Numbered from the stretch's first letter, positions 35,801 through 45,737 are shown. The stretch is 64,000 nucleotides of DNA from an uncultured Lachnospiraceae bacterium (GCA_902765725.1 CACXAT010000010.1:2542-66541); one strand, 5' to 3'. Notes: a model not told the origin generated them from the sequence alone. A program made the numbers and translations.

Positions 35801-37351
35801 CTGATCTACGATCTCAAGAACGCAAACCGTGATGCCAGGATCAGCGTGAAACTGGTCTCCGAATCGGGAGTCGGCACCATCGCCTCCGGCGTTGCCAAGG
35901 CCGGAGCGCAGGTCATCCTGATCTCAGGCTATGACGGAGGAACCGGCGCGGCGCCCTTCTCGTCGGTGCACCATGCGGGCCTTCCCTGGGAGCTGGGGAT
36001 CACAGAGGCCCATCAGACCCTGATCGAAAATGGGCTCCGGGACCGTGTCGTCCTGGAGACGGACGGAAAGCTGATGAGCGGCCGTGATGTGGCCATCGCT
36101 GCGCTTCTTGGCGCCGAGGAATTCGGTTTTGCGACAGGACCGCTGGTCGCCATGGGCTGTATGATGATGCGCGTGTGCTCGAAGGATACCTGCCCCGCAG
36201 GCATCGCGACCCAGAACGAGTGCCTCAGAGGCCGCTTCCAGGGAAGGCCGGAGCATGTGATCAACTATATGCATTTCATAGCAAGGCAGCTTCGGGAGAT
36301 CATGGCCCGCAGCGGATTCCGGACTGTGGAGGAGATGGTCGGACGCACCGACTGCCTGAAGAGAAAGGATAAACTGCCAGTCAGCCGCAGCACGCTTGCC
36401 GATCTGAACCGGATACTGGACAGGCGCTATGCGCACGTGCAGGGAAGACATTTTGACCCGAAGAAGATCTATGACTTCCATCTGGAACAGACGAAGGATA
36501 TGCAGATCCTTCTGCCGGCTCTGGAGGAAATGAAGCAGAGGAAGCTGCAGAAGATGGTGGTGGAGACAGCGGTCTCCAGCACCGACCGTTCCTTCGGGAC
36601 GATCCTCGGAAGCGAAGTGACCAGAAAGTACGGGAACAGCCTGGCGGAGGATTCATTTACTATAAACTGCACCGGAGGCGGCGGACAGTCCTTCGGAGCG
36701 TTCCTCCCCCACGGTGTGACGCTCCGGCTGAAGGGAGATGCCAATGACGGTTTCGGCAAAGGGCTCTCCGGAGGCAAGCTGATCCTGACACCGCCGGACG
36801 GTGCCGGGTTCAATGCCCATGACAATGTGATCGTCGGCAACGTTGCCCTCTATGGAGCGACCTGCGGCAAGGCGTATATCTGCGGCATCGCGGGGGAGCG
36901 CTTCTGCGTTAGGAACTCAGGCGCCATCGCGGTGGCAGAGGGCTGCGGAGACCACGGCCTGGAGTATATGACCGGCGGAAGGGCCGTGATCCTGGGCATG
37001 ACTGGCAAGAACTTTGTGGCAGGCATGAGCGGCGGCATCGCCTATGTGCTGGACAGAGAGCATACCCTGTACCTGCGCATGAATAAAGAGATGGCCGTGG
37101 CCGAAGAGGTGACCGCGAAGCATGATATCGAGGAGCTTCGGGAGATCCTGAGCGATTATACAGCCGAGACCGGATCCCCCTTCGCGGCAGAGATCCTGGA
37201 GCATTTCGACCGGTACCTTCCGGACTTCAAGAAGATCATCCCGGAGGACTACCGAAGGATGATCCAGACCATCGGAAAGTATGAAGAGCAGGGAAGCAGC
37301 CATGAGAAGGCGGTTCTGGAGGCATTCAGGGAGGTGAGCGAACGTGGGTAA
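32837..37351 (+). CDS. gltB: Glutamate synthase large subunit
   Basis: ERDACGIG N-terminal nucleophile, HSRFSTNT, HNGEINT, IKMAQGAKPGEGG, GC.MMRVC..DTCP.GIATQ, GXGXG domain. Likely start ATG 32837. Confidence 0.96.
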   Translation: MRDSYFLKERDACGIGTVVNIDGTREYGVLDDALHIVEKLDHRAGKDATGKVGDGVGILTQIPHGFFKAAAAREEIFLGEEGEYGIGMLFLPRDTMKRMFAMRMMEVIIRKEQLPFLGWRKVPVRPQILGERAVECMPPIWQCFIGKPERIQKGIDFDRRLYVVRREFEQSSEDTYICSMSSRTIVYKGMFLVHQLREFYCDLRDLTYETAIAIVHSRFSTNTTPSWMRAHPYRMIAHNGEINTIRGNMDRMLAREETMKSQFLQEDLDKIYPVIAQTGSDSAMLDNTLEFLYMNGMDLPLAMMVAIPEPWKHNDFMSRQKKDFYHYYATMMEPWDGPAAVIFSDGEILGATLDRNGLRPSRYYVTDNGRLILASEVGVLDIDPAHIKVRSRLEPGRILLVDTKKKRIIPDEECKEMYSGAHPYGEWLDRCLLHLAQLPIPNRKIRVHSQEMRDRLYKVFGYSYEDVKEQILPMAENGIESTVSMGHDAPLALLSKHHQLLYCYFKQLFAQVTNPPIDSLREKVVMDTTVYIGSDGDLLEEKADNCRVLEINNPILTGVDLIKIRSLDREGFRSRVISLLYYKNTSLTHALEQLNIAVDRAAAEGYNILILSDRGVDENHVPIPALLAVSSVEQHLVITKKRTAVSLILESGEPRDVHQIACLMGFGARAVNPYLAHECIAELIDTGILDKDYHTAIDDYNKALLSGVVKIAAKMGISTLQSYQSARIFEAVGLGSDVIDRCFAGTVSRVGGIGMKEIGEDVEIRHDQGFDPLGLTVDTKLDSIGFHSLRSGPDKEDHLYSPETIVTLQRAVRTGDYDLFRQYTALVDDEERPHTLRSLLQIIPAGPAIPLEETESEESIVKRFQTGAMSYGSLSAEVHKTLACAMNTIGGKSNTGEGGEDEKRFGTIYNSAVKQVASGRFGVTSAYLNSASEIQIKMAQGAKPGEGGHLPGRKVYPWVAATRYSTPGVSLISPPPHHDIYSIEDLAQLIYDLKNANRDARISVKLVSESGVGTIASGVAKAGAQVILISGYDGGTGAAPFSSVHHAGLPWELGITEAHQTLIENGLRDRVVLETDGKLMSGRDVAIAALLGAEEFGFATGPLVAMGCMMMRVCSKDTCPAGIATQNECLRGRFQGRPEHVINYMHFIARQLREIMARSGFRTVEEMVGRTDCLKRKDKLPVSRSTLADLNRILDRRYAHVQGRHFDPKKIYDFHLEQTKDMQILLPALEEMKQRKLQKMVVETAVSSTDRSFGTILGSEVTRKYGNSLAEDSFTINCTGGGGQSFGAFLPHGVTLRLKGDANDGFGKGLSGGKLILTPPDGAGFNAHDNVIVGNVALYGATCGKAYICGIAGERFCVRNSGAIAVAEGCGDHGLEYMTGGRAVILGMTGKNFVAGMSGGIAYVLDREHTLYLRMNKEMAVAEEVTAKHDIEELREILSDYTAETGSPFAAEILEHFDRYLPDFKKIIPEDYRRMIQTIGKYEEQGSSHEKAVLEAFREVSERG

Positions 37352-38831
37352 AGCGACCGGTTTTCTGGAGTACGCAAGACAGGACGATCGGATCGTGCCT
37401 GTCAGCGAGAGGATCCTTACCTTTGACGAATTTCATACACCGCTGGATGAAAAGGCACGTACCGAGCAGGCCGGACGCTGCATGAACTGCGGGGTTCCCT
37501 TCTGTCAGTCCGCCATGAAGCTGAATGGCATGGTGACCGGCTGCCCGCTGCACAATCTGATCCCGGAGTGGAACGATCAGATCTGGCAGGGACACCTCGG
37601 ACATGCCTACGCAAGGCTCAGCAAGACCAGCAATTTCCCGGAGTTTACCGGCAGGGTCTGCCCGGCGCTGTGCGAGAAGGCCTGCATCTGCGGGGATCAC
37701 TCGGACCCGGTCAGCGTCCATGACAATGAGAGGTTCCTGATCGAAGAAGCCTTTGCCCGGGGCTTTGTACAGCCCATGATCCCGAAGGTGCGAAGCGGCA
37801 TGAAGATCGCAGTGGTCGGCAGCGGTCCCTCCGGACTTGCAGCTGCCGATATGCTGAACCACAGGGGGCATACGGTCCACGTATACGAGCGTGAAGACAG
37901 GATCGGCGGCCTGCTGATGTACGGGATTCCCAACATGAAGCTGGACAAGTCCGTCATCGCCCGCCGTCAGAAGCTGATGGAGGCGGAGGGCGTCGTCTTT
38001 TGCACCGGCTGTAATATCGATGAAAATGAATCTGACAGGCTGAAGGCAGAGTATGACGCGGTCGTGCTGTGCTGCGGCGCGAAGCAGGCAAGGAAGCTGA
38101 AGGGTGCGGATCCGGAGAAGATCAAAGGCATCTATTATGCAGTGGACTACCTTACCTCTGTGACCAGGAGCCTGATGAAGGCGGAGGACCATAAAGCCTC
38201 GAGCCTGCTGGCAAGGAAAGACTTTGTGAGCGCGGCGAAGAAGCACGTGGTAGTGGTCGGCGGCGGAGACACCGGCAATGACTGCATCGGTACGGTGATC
38301 CGGCAGGGCTGCAGGAGCGTAACGGCCCTTGAGATGATGCCAAAGCCCCCTGTCATCAGGGCAGAGGACAATCCCTGGCCCCAGTGGCCGAAGGTCCTGA
38401 AGACCGACTACGGCCATGAAGAAGCCATCGCCCTGTGGGGACAGGATCCCAGAGTCTATGAGACAACCGTGAAGGAATATATTACGGGGAGCAATGGCAG
38501 GCTGAAGCAGATCATGACAGTCAGAGTCTGCTTTGAGGACGGCAAGCTGAAGGAAGTCCCGGGATCCGAGAAGACCCTTCGCTGCGATCTTCTGCTGATC
38601 GCGGCAGGCTTCACCGGCTGCGAGGCCTACACACCCCAGGCCTTTGGCGTGGAGCAGACCTCCAGGGGCTGTGTGCGGACCCTGTCCGGAAGCTATCAGA
38701 CCAGCGTTCCGGGGATCTTTACAGCAGGAGATATGCACCGGGGACAGTCCCTCGTGGTGTGGGCGATCGCGGAAGGGCGGGAGGCCGCGCGGGAGGTGGA
38801 CCGGTACCTGATGGGATACGAGAGGCAGTAA
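37344..38831 (+). CDS. gltD: Glutamate synthase small subunit
   Basis: [49 protein letters not shown]; overlaps the gltB stop. Confidence 0.96.
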   Translation: MGKATGFLEYARQDDRIVPVSERILTFDEFHTPLDEKARTEQAGRCMNCGVPFCQSAMKLNGMVTGCPLHNLIPEWNDQIWQGHLGHAYARLSKTSNFPEFTGRVCPALCEKACICGDHSDPVSVHDNERFLIEEAFARGFVQPMIPKVRSGMKIAVVGSGPSGLAAADMLNHRGHTVHVYEREDRIGGLLMYGIPNMKLDKSVIARRQKLMEAEGVVFCTGCNIDENESDRLKAEYDAVVLCCGAKQARKLKGADPEKIKGIYYAVDYLTSVTRSLMKAEDHKASSLLARKDFVSAAKKHVVVVGGGDTGNDCIGTVIRQGCRSVTALEMMPKPPVIRAEDNPWPQWPKVLKTDYGHEEAIALWGQDPRVYETTVKEYITGSNGRLKQIMTVRVCFEDGKLKEVPGSEKTLRCDLLLIAAGFTGCEAYTPQAFGVEQTSRGCVRTLSGSYQTSVPGIFTAGDMHRGQSLVVWAIAEGREAAREVDRYLMGYERQ

Positions 38832-38853
38832 AACTTTGTATAAGGTGAGAGAC

Positions 38854-40068
38854 ATGTTCCAGATCAACGAAAACTATCTAAAACTGCAGGGGAGCTACCT
38901 GTTTTCGACGATCGCGTCCAAAGTGGCAGCCTATGCGGCAGCGAATCCGCACAGGGAGATTCTTCGTCTTGGGATCGGAGATGTAACGCTGCCGCTGGCA
39001 CCGGCGGTGATCAAAGCCATGCATGGCGCGGTGGATGAGATGGCCCGACAGGAGACCTTCCGGGGGTATGCTCCGGAACACGGATATGACTTTTTGAGGG
39101 AAGCAATCAGCAGGGTTGATTACCGCAGCCGCGGCGCGGACATTGATCCGGATGAGATCTTCGTCAGTGACGGAGCCAAGAGTGATTCCGGGAACATCGG
39201 GGACATCTTCTCCACGCAGAACCGGATCGCGGTCTGTGACCCTGTCTATCCGGTCTACCTGGATACCAATGTCATGGGCGGAAGGACCGGCTTCATGAAT
39301 CCTGCAGACGGCAGGTATGAAGGCGTCATCTACCCGCCCTGTACGGAGGAAAATGGATTCGTGCCGCAGCTGCCCGAAGAGGCGCCGGATATCATCTATC
39401 TGTGCTTTCCGAACAACCCCACAGGCATGACCATCCCGAAGGCAGAGCTGCAGCGATGGGTGGATTATGCGCTGGAGCACGGAAGCGTCATCATCTATGA
39501 CGCAGCTTATGAGGCGTACATCCGCGAGGACGGTATCGCACATACTATCTACGAGTGTGAGGGCGCGAAGAAATGTGCCATCGAACTTCGCAGCTTCTCC
39601 AAGAATGCAGGATTCACAGGAACCAGGCTTGGATTCACGGTAGTACCGAGAGAACTCAGATGCGGGGACGTCTCCCTGAACGATCTGTGGGAGAGGCGGC
39701 AGAGCACGAAGTTCAACGGGGCGCCGTATATCGTGCAGAGAGCAGGTGAAGCGGTCTATTCAGAAGAAGGCCGCAGGCAGACCGCAGAGCAGGTGGATTA
39801 TTACATGCGCAATGCCGCCTGCATCCTGGAGGGCCTGAAGAGCGCAGGCTACACAGTATACGGAGGTGTCAACGCACCGTACATCTGGCTGAAGACGCCC
39901 GGGGGAATGACCTCCTGGGAGTTCTTCGACCATCTGCTTGAAGAGGCTGCCGTGGTGGGTACGCCCGGCTCGGGCTTCGGCCCGGCCGGAGAACACTTCT
40001 TCCGGCTGACTGCCTTCGGTTCCTACGAGAACACGAAGGCAGCAGTGGAGAGAATCTGCAGACTGTAG
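38854..40068 (+). CDS. dapL: LL-diaminopimelate aminotransferase
   Basis: [61 protein letters not shown]. Confidence 0.93.
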   Translation: MFQINENYLKLQGSYLFSTIASKVAAYAAANPHREILRLGIGDVTLPLAPAVIKAMHGAVDEMARQETFRGYAPEHGYDFLREAISRVDYRSRGADIDPDEIFVSDGAKSDSGNIGDIFSTQNRIAVCDPVYPVYLDTNVMGGRTGFMNPADGRYEGVIYPPCTEENGFVPQLPEEAPDIIYLCFPNNPTGMTIPKAELQRWVDYALEHGSVIIYDAAYEAYIREDGIAHTIYECEGAKKCAIELRSFSKNAGFTGTRLGFTVVPRELRCGDVSLNDLWERRQSTKFNGAPYIVQRAGEAVYSEEGRRQTAEQVDYYMRNAACILEGLKSAGYTVYGGVNAPYIWLKTPGGMTSWEFFDHLLEEAAVVGTPGSGFGPAGEHFFRLTAFGSYENTKAAVERICRL

Positions 40069-40106
40069 AGAGAAAGACCGTCTGTCAGAAGCAGTCACAA
40101 TAACAG

Positions 40107-40172
40107 CAGCCCCGCGGTCTGATTATGCTATTCTCAAGCAGGAAGCATGAAGCAGACTGCGGGGCTGATTTG
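40107..40172. terminator. Hairpin between convergent dapL and pyrG
   Basis: CAGCCCCGCGGTCTG (40107-21) pairs with CAGACTGCGGGGCTG (40153-67); inner ATGCT/AGCAT. Confidence 0.65.
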
Positions 40173-40186
40173 TAATTGCCGGTTAC

Positions 40187-41788
40187 TCAGACCTTCCGGC
40201 AGTGGAGCGCGGCCTCGATCAGACCCGCAAAGAGCGGATGGGCATGATTGGGCCTGGAGCGAAACTCCGGATGGGCCTGCGTTCCGATGAAGAAGGGATG
40301 ATCCTTCAGCTCGATCATTTCCACGATCCTGTTATCCGGAGAGGTTCCGGCGATGATCAGGCCGGCCTCCTCCAGAGCGGCCCGGTAGTCATTGTTCACC
40401 TCAAAGCGGTGGCGGTGCCGCTCCGATATGACAGCCCTCCCGTACAGATGATAAGAGCGGGTGCCGCTCTTCAGGGCACATGGATAGGCGCCAAGGCGCA
40501 TGGTGCCGCCAAGATTTGTCACATCCTTCTGCTCCGGCATCAGGTCGATGACCGGATGCTTCGTGTCAGGATCAAACTCTGTGCTGTCGGCATCTTTCAT
40601 GCCCAGGACATCTCTGGCGAAATCCGCGATGGCCATCTGCATGCCCAGGCAGATCCCGAGGAAGGGGATCTTATGGTGCCTTGCATAGCGCGCCGCATAG
40701 CGGATCCCGTCCATGCCGCGGCTGCCGAAGCCGCCGGGAACGATGATGGCATCAGCCTGCCCCAGAAGGTCCCGGGCAGTCGCCTCTGACAGGTCCTCCG
40801 ACTCGATCCAGAGGATCTCCACATTGCAGTGATTGGCGATGCCGCCGTGCTTCAGGGCTTCCGCCACAGACAGGTAAGCGTCATGCAGTTCGGTATATTT
40901 TCCCACAAGGGCGACGCGGACAGTCTTCTTCGCGCAGCGCAGCGTCTTAACAACCTGCTCCCACTGTGACAGATCCGGCGAGGGAGAGGGGAGCTGCAGG
41001 CATTCCAGCACACTCTGGGCCAGCCGCTCCTTCTCCATGATCAGCGGAATCTCGTAGAGATATTCCGCGTCCTGATTCTCCAGCACATGCTCGACCGGGA
41101 CATTGCAGAACAGGGCGATCTTTTGCCGGATCGCATCCGAGAGCGGATACTCCGTGCGGCAGACCAGAATATCCGGCTGGATACCGGTCTCCTGGAGCCG
41201 TTTTACACTCATCTGGGTCGGCTTGGTCTTCAGCTCTCCGGAGACCTTCAGGTAAGGGACGAGGGTGACATGGATCATGATCGCGTTCTGGCGCCCGACC
41301 TCCCACTGGAACTGACGGATCGCTTCCAGGAAGGGCTGACTCTCGATATCGCCGACCGTGCCTCCGACCTCGATGATGGCGATCCGGTCACAGTCCGGAT
41401 CCTGCGCACCGTAAAAACGGGACTTGATCTCATTGGTGATATGGGGAATGACCTGCACCGTGCCTCCGCCATAGTCCCCGTGACGCTCCCGTGCGAGGAC
41501 CGATTCATAAACCTTGCCGGAAGTGACATTGGCATGGCAGTCCAGGTTCTCGTCAATGAACCGCTCATAGTGTCCCAGGTCCAGATCCGTCTCCGTCCCG
41601 TCGTCGGTGACAAAGACCTCGCCGTGCTGGATCGGATTCATGGTACCCGGATCGATGTTGAGATAGGGATCGAACTTCTGCATGGTGACCTGATATCCTC
41701 TTGCCTTGAGGAGCCTGCCCAGGGAAGCGGCAGTGATGCCCTTCCCGAGTCCGGATACGACACCTCCGGTCACAAATACATATTTCAT
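40187..41788 (-). CDS. pyrG: CTP synthase
   Basis: [57 protein letters not shown]; start follows AGGAGG. Confidence 0.97.
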   Translation of the reverse strand: MKYVFVTGGVVSGLGKGITAASLGRLLKARGYQVTMQKFDPYLNIDPGTMNPIQHGEVFVTDDGTETDLDLGHYERFIDENLDCHANVTSGKVYESVLARERHGDYGGGTVQVIPHITNEIKSRFYGAQDPDCDRIAIIEVGGTVGDIESQPFLEAIRQFQWEVGRQNAIMIHVTLVPYLKVSGELKTKPTQMSVKRLQETGIQPDILVCRTEYPLSDAIRQKIALFCNVPVEHVLENQDAEYLYEIPLIMEKERLAQSVLECLQLPSPSPDLSQWEQVVKTLRCAKKTVRVALVGKYTELHDAYLSVAEALKHGGIANHCNVEILWIESEDLSEATARDLLGQADAIIVPGGFGSRGMDGIRYAARYARHHKIPFLGICLGMQMAIADFARDVLGMKDADSTEFDPDTKHPVIDLMPEQKDVTNLGGTMRLGAYPCALKSGTRSYHLYGRAVISERHRHRFEVNNDYRAALEEAGLIIAGTSPDNRIVEMIELKDHPFFIGTQAHPEFRSRPNHAHPLFAGLIEAALHCRKV

Positions 41789-42025
41789 ACAGTCCCTCCT
41801 TTTTACCAGTCTGCAGCAATCCCTTTCACTATAAGAGAGATCCGCCAAAGAATAAAATATCAGGATTATCCGCTTTTCATACCTAAGGAGTATGGCGGGG
41901 CAGGAAACATTTTCTGAAAAATAATGTTGAGCTAATGTTCAAGTCACAATTCCGACTTAATGCTCCTGTACCTTGATTACAACATCAAAACAGATCTGAT
42001 TCTCAGAGATAAAAGGAGATACAGT

Positions 42026-44389
42026 ATGAAGATCAGGAAGATAACAGGGATCCTGCTTGCCTGCGCGCTTGCTTTCACCGGCAGCGCCAGTGGAGAGGAA
42101 ATGACAGAGTATGCAGACAATGAAACAGGCAGTGAGAGCAGCAGTGCAACGACTGAAGAAGAGCGGTCTTACATAGAAGAGACGCTGAATCTTGCCAACA
42201 ATGAGGAAGTGACATGGTCCTATTCATCGGATGCGGACGCATGGGTCATGTCCATTGTATCAGCAGTAGCCTATCCGGAGCTGCCGGATCAGCAGGGCGT
42301 GTCAGTCTGTGTTCCCGGAGCATATGTGACCGGGATCGATACGGACGGGGACGGAAGTGCTGACGTGACGGCGCAGGATTACACCGAGGCGGTGCACGGC
42401 GCACTGGTGATCGATTATGATGCGCAGGTGACCAGCACCAACGGACAGGTCTATACGGCAGCGACCGCGCCGCTGATCCTGAACACAGGGGCGGCCGGGT
42501 ACGGTTCTTCAACCAATACCCTTGCCGGCACGACCTATGCGGCAGACGGTTATATCAACATCGCCTGCGGCAACCGCGGCAAGCAGGACACGGCGCAGGA
42601 CGAGGACGGGAACAGCTATTATACAGGAGACGCGCCCAGCTGCCTGGTGGATCAGAAGGCGGCAGCCCGCTTTGTGAAGTACAACATCCTCCTGGGCAAC
42701 CTCCCGGGATGCGTGGATTATCTGGTATCCACCGGAGGGTCCGGCGGCGGAGCCCACGCGGCCATGTTCGCGGCAACCTCGAACAACTCAGACTTTTATG
42801 ACTACCAGATCGAAGCCGGGGCAGTCGGCGTCTACCGCACAGAAGACGGGTACTCCACCACAGTTTCCGTCAACGGAGAAGAAGTGGAGCTCTCCGACGG
42901 CGCATGGGGCTGCATCGCATACAGCGCGATCACGTCACTCTATGAAGGCGATATGACCATGGCCTTCGAGTATTATCTCGATGAAGACTATGACTTCGGC
43001 ACCCAGTTCCAGGAGGCGATGGCAAAGTACCTGTCCGAAGAGTACATGGAGTACATCAACGCCCAGGAACTGTCCGTGGAAGAGGCAGCTGTCGGTTTCG
43101 ATCTCAACGAAGACGGGGATCAGGACGACACCATCGATCTGACCATCGAATATGACGAAGAGAAATACCCCGATACCAACGGCTACGGCGGAACTTATCT
43201 GGATCTGTATCTGGCAGAGTTCACCTCCAACCTGCAGTGGTATCTGGACAACCTCGGATACGCGGAGGGCTGGACCTGGTTTGACGAAGAAGGCAATGCG
43301 CTGAGCGACGAAGAAGTCGCGGCCATGACTGCAGAAGATTTCGCAGCCGCCTTCCTGGAAGGAAGATATGCGAAGGGAAGCACCGGTGCAGGCGGAATGG
43401 GCGGCCCTGGCGGAATGGGCGGCTTCCCCGGCGGCGGTCAGCGCCCGGACGGCGGGATTGGCTTCCCCGGCGGCGGTCAGCGTCCGGACGGTGAGATGGG
43501 CTTCCCCAGCGGCGGTCAGCGTCCGGACGGTGAGATGGGCTTCCCGGGTGGAGACATGGGAGATATGTCTGAAGGTGGCCTGCCGGATGCAGGCGCGGAA
43601 AGCGCCGCGCAGCAGGAGACTTCCGCCAACAGTACGGTTGCGGCCGCCGGCAGCGGAGACTCCATGACAGTCGGAACGCCTGATGCTGGCACGACGCAGG
43701 CTTCCGGAAGCAGCACAGACTCAAAGAATTACAGCACCTATGAAGAGATGCTTGCGGCATATGAGGAGGATATCGCACAGATCGAAGCGGGAGACGAATA
43801 CGGGAACAATATCGTATCTCTCTACAACCCGCTGAACTATATCGGAGCTGAGGACACAGAAGCTCCGACATGGACAAGGATCCTGATGGGAGCCTCCGAA
43901 GGCGACATGTCCATGTTCGCTTCCCTGAATCTGCAGCTTGCATGGCTCAGCAGCGGAACCGATGCCGACATAGCATGGCAGTGGGACGGCGGCCATGTAC
44001 CGTCCGAGATCCTCGGTGACTCCTTCTCCCTGTACGTGGATGAGATGTACGGAAAGTACGTGGAAGGCGCAGTGGAGATCACGAAGGAAGAGGCAGAAGC
44101 GATCACCTCCAACGGTACTGCACAGGAAGCAACAGGAACCGACATCAGCAGCTGGGTGGATGCCTCAGATCTGTCGGATGTGTCCTTCTCACTGGCAGAT
44201 GCGGTCAGCTACCGCACGAAGGGTGCCAGCAAGGCGATTCCAGGATTTGATGTCATTGATTACGGACAGGAAGATTACGTTTTCGGATCATCTGAAAAAG
44301 ATGCAAGGCATTGGGATGCATACGTGCTGAAGGTACTGCAGGAACACGCAGAGGAACTGTCCGGACTCTTCAACAGCCAGGACAATTGA
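42026..44389 (+). CDS. Exported tannase-like (subtype B-like) alpha/beta-hydrolase, very acidic
   Basis: Signal peptide, APSCLVDQKAAARFVKYN, nucleophile elbow GGSGGG, WTRILMGASEGD, WQWDGGH; resembles Firmicute tannase motifs from memory. Confidence 0.65.
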   Translation: MKIRKITGILLACALAFTGSASGEEMTEYADNETGSESSSATTEEERSYIEETLNLANNEEVTWSYSSDADAWVMSIVSAVAYPELPDQQGVSVCVPGAYVTGIDTDGDGSADVTAQDYTEAVHGALVIDYDAQVTSTNGQVYTAATAPLILNTGAAGYGSSTNTLAGTTYAADGYINIACGNRGKQDTAQDEDGNSYYTGDAPSCLVDQKAAARFVKYNILLGNLPGCVDYLVSTGGSGGGAHAAMFAATSNNSDFYDYQIEAGAVGVYRTEDGYSTTVSVNGEEVELSDGAWGCIAYSAITSLYEGDMTMAFEYYLDEDYDFGTQFQEAMAKYLSEEYMEYINAQELSVEEAAVGFDLNEDGDQDDTIDLTIEYDEEKYPDTNGYGGTYLDLYLAEFTSNLQWYLDNLGYAEGWTWFDEEGNALSDEEVAAMTAEDFAAAFLEGRYAKGSTGAGGMGGPGGMGGFPGGGQRPDGGIGFPGGGQRPDGEMGFPSGGQRPDGEMGFPGGDMGDMSEGGLPDAGAESAAQQETSANSTVAAAGSGDSMTVGTPDAGTTQASGSSTDSKNYSTYEEMLAAYEEDIAQIEAGDEYGNNIVSLYNPLNYIGAEDTEAPTWTRILMGASEGDMSMFASLNLQLAWLSSGTDADIAWQWDGGHVPSEILGDSFSLYVDEMYGKYVEGAVEITKEEAEAITSNGTAQEATGTDISSWVDASDLSDVSFSLADAVSYRTKGASKAIPGFDVIDYGQEDYVFGSSEKDARHWDAYVLKVLQEHAEELSGLFNSQDN
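43421..43549 (+). repeat. About 3.3 x 39-bp in-frame tandem repeat (GFPGGGQRPDGEM-type)
   Basis: Unit ggcttccccggcggcggtcagcg(c/t)ccggacgg...; units start at 43421, 43460 and 43499, partial at 43538. Confidence 0.9.
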
Positions 44390-44439
44390 GAAAATAAACA
44401 GAACAGGAACTGCGCCTCCTGAGAGGAACTGACTATAAG

Positions 44440-44480
44440 GCAGCCGGCTGTGGCATATCGCGACAGCCGGCTGCTTTTCT
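44440..44480. terminator. Terminator between the convergent tannase-like and Uma2 genes
   Basis: GCAGCCGGCTGT...ACAGCCGGCTGC followed by TTTTCT. Confidence 0.7.
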
Positions 44481-44521
44481 GCTGCCTGACAAATCGTCAG
44501 ATCCTCTGATCATGTTATTCA

Positions 44522-45421
44522 TTATTCATACCGGGCCAGCCGATCCTCGATCCTGGAGAAATCAATGGAGCATTTTCCCTCTGAGATCTGCACCGGGATC
44601 TGATCATGGAACGAATAACGCACCGGATCATAATGTTCTGTATCGAAAAAATGAACCGTCACGGTCCGATGCTCCGGGTCAACGACCCAGTATTCACGCA
44701 CTCCTGCCTTCTCATATTTGTAGAGCTTCAGGATCATGTCCCTGGAGCGTGTGGAGGGAGAGAGGATCTCCACAGCAAGGTCCGGAGCACCTTCCAGAAG
44801 CTTCATATGAAGATAATCCTGCGGGCTGCAGATGACCAGAAGGTCCGGCTGCACCATGGTATAGTTGTCCCGGTCCAGGCGAACATCGCAAGGAGCGGCG
44901 ATTACTTCACAGGGAAGGCCGTGCTGTTCGGCACAATCGGAAAAGAGACGCAGCAGCTGGCCAAGGATGATCTGATGAAGAAACGAGGGTGTTGCCATAT
45001 CATAGAAGGCACCGTCGATCAGTTCGACACGTTGTTCATCGGGCAGTGCATAATAATCATCCAGCGTATGCAGACGATCCCGGGATGCCGGCTCATGCGA
45101 ACCGTTGTCATATTGAACTGCTGCGCCGTACGGAGCGGGTGCTTCACGAAGCATATTGTCCTGCGGCGAACGGACAGTTCTCTGGTACCACCCTTCCATC
45201 GCAGGTGCATGATAGGCTGTTGTGCTTTTATCAGGATCCGGAATGGGATCCGGGCCGTGGAGGACCTTCTCCAGTGCTTCGATCGTGAGCCTTCGCGGAG
45301 CTTTGGTGGTTCCCGCGAAGATCTTCTGCACCGTTCCGAGCGGCACGCCAGACATCTGAGAGATCATCTGACTGGTAAGGCCGAGCTCGGCCTTCTTTTT
45401 TTTCATCTCATCAATTGTCAT
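44522..45421 (-). CDS. XRE-type HTH fused to a Uma2/DUF820 (PD-(D/E)xK-like) domain
   Basis: N-terminal HTH (SQMISQMSGVPLGTVQKIF), ELIDG, VQPDLLVIC, PDLAVEILSPS, GVREYWVVDP. Confidence 0.85.
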   Translation of the reverse strand: MTIDEMKKKKAELGLTSQMISQMSGVPLGTVQKIFAGTTKAPRRLTIEALEKVLHGPDPIPDPDKSTTAYHAPAMEGWYQRTVRSPQDNMLREAPAPYGAAVQYDNGSHEPASRDRLHTLDDYYALPDEQRVELIDGAFYDMATPSFLHQIILGQLLRLFSDCAEQHGLPCEVIAAPCDVRLDRDNYTMVQPDLLVICSPQDYLHMKLLEGAPDLAVEILSPSTRSRDMILKLYKYEKAGVREYWVVDPEHRTVTVHFFDTEHYDPVRYSFHDQIPVQISEGKCSIDFSRIEDRLARYE

Positions 45422-45596
45422 ATGCAGCTCCTTTCAGGCAGAACCTGCCATTTACCCCATTCATGGCATGAGTATAGCATGCAGATGCATATATGACAAC
45501 CATAATATTTCCGATAGGACATCCATATCTTCCATATGGAAATACCGTTTGGAAAATGCGCAGTACCGGAGTGTTAATCCGACGCCGTCGGGTTGC

Positions 45597-45681
45597 TATA
45601 GGAAAAACCTTGAACTGGCACTAAATTATAGAACATTGACGAATGCTGGCACATGCTTTATATTCCTACTAAACCGATAGG
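45597..45681 (+). promoter_or_regulatory. metY promoter with a candidate LysR box and a palindromic operator
   Basis: TTGACG (45636-41), 17 bp spacer, TATATT (45659-64). TATAG-N7-CTTGA at 45597-45613. CCTA-N9-TAGG at 45665-81. Confidence 0.5.
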
Positions 45682-45737
45682 CAAGTAGCCGAAAGCAGAC
45701 GGAAGCAGGCTTCCGGATAAAGGGGAAGGAGATTATC

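Noticed and set aside
41789-41860. Bacillus-type reiterative-transcription attenuator for pyrG
   Set aside because: The candidate start reads GGGA rather than GGGC, and I find no leader terminator before the SD.
41907-41988. TTGAT-N6-ATCAA (41973-88) as an FNR box, and TAATGTT(G/C)A repeats 11 bp apart (41922, 41933)
   Set aside because: FNR needs a 4-bp spacer. The short AT-rich repeats could arise by chance, and no cognate regulator is evident.
43421-43549. Tandem repeats as a possible CRISPR array
   Set aside because: The units are contiguous, have no unique spacers, keep frame inside a CDS, and no cas genes are present. The same applies to 9338-9397 and 54842-54901.
45421-45737. SAM riboswitch or T-box upstream of metY
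   Set aside because: No S-box core, no T-box AAnnAnGGTGGnACC-type motif and no leader terminator; the predicted leader is only about 65 nt.
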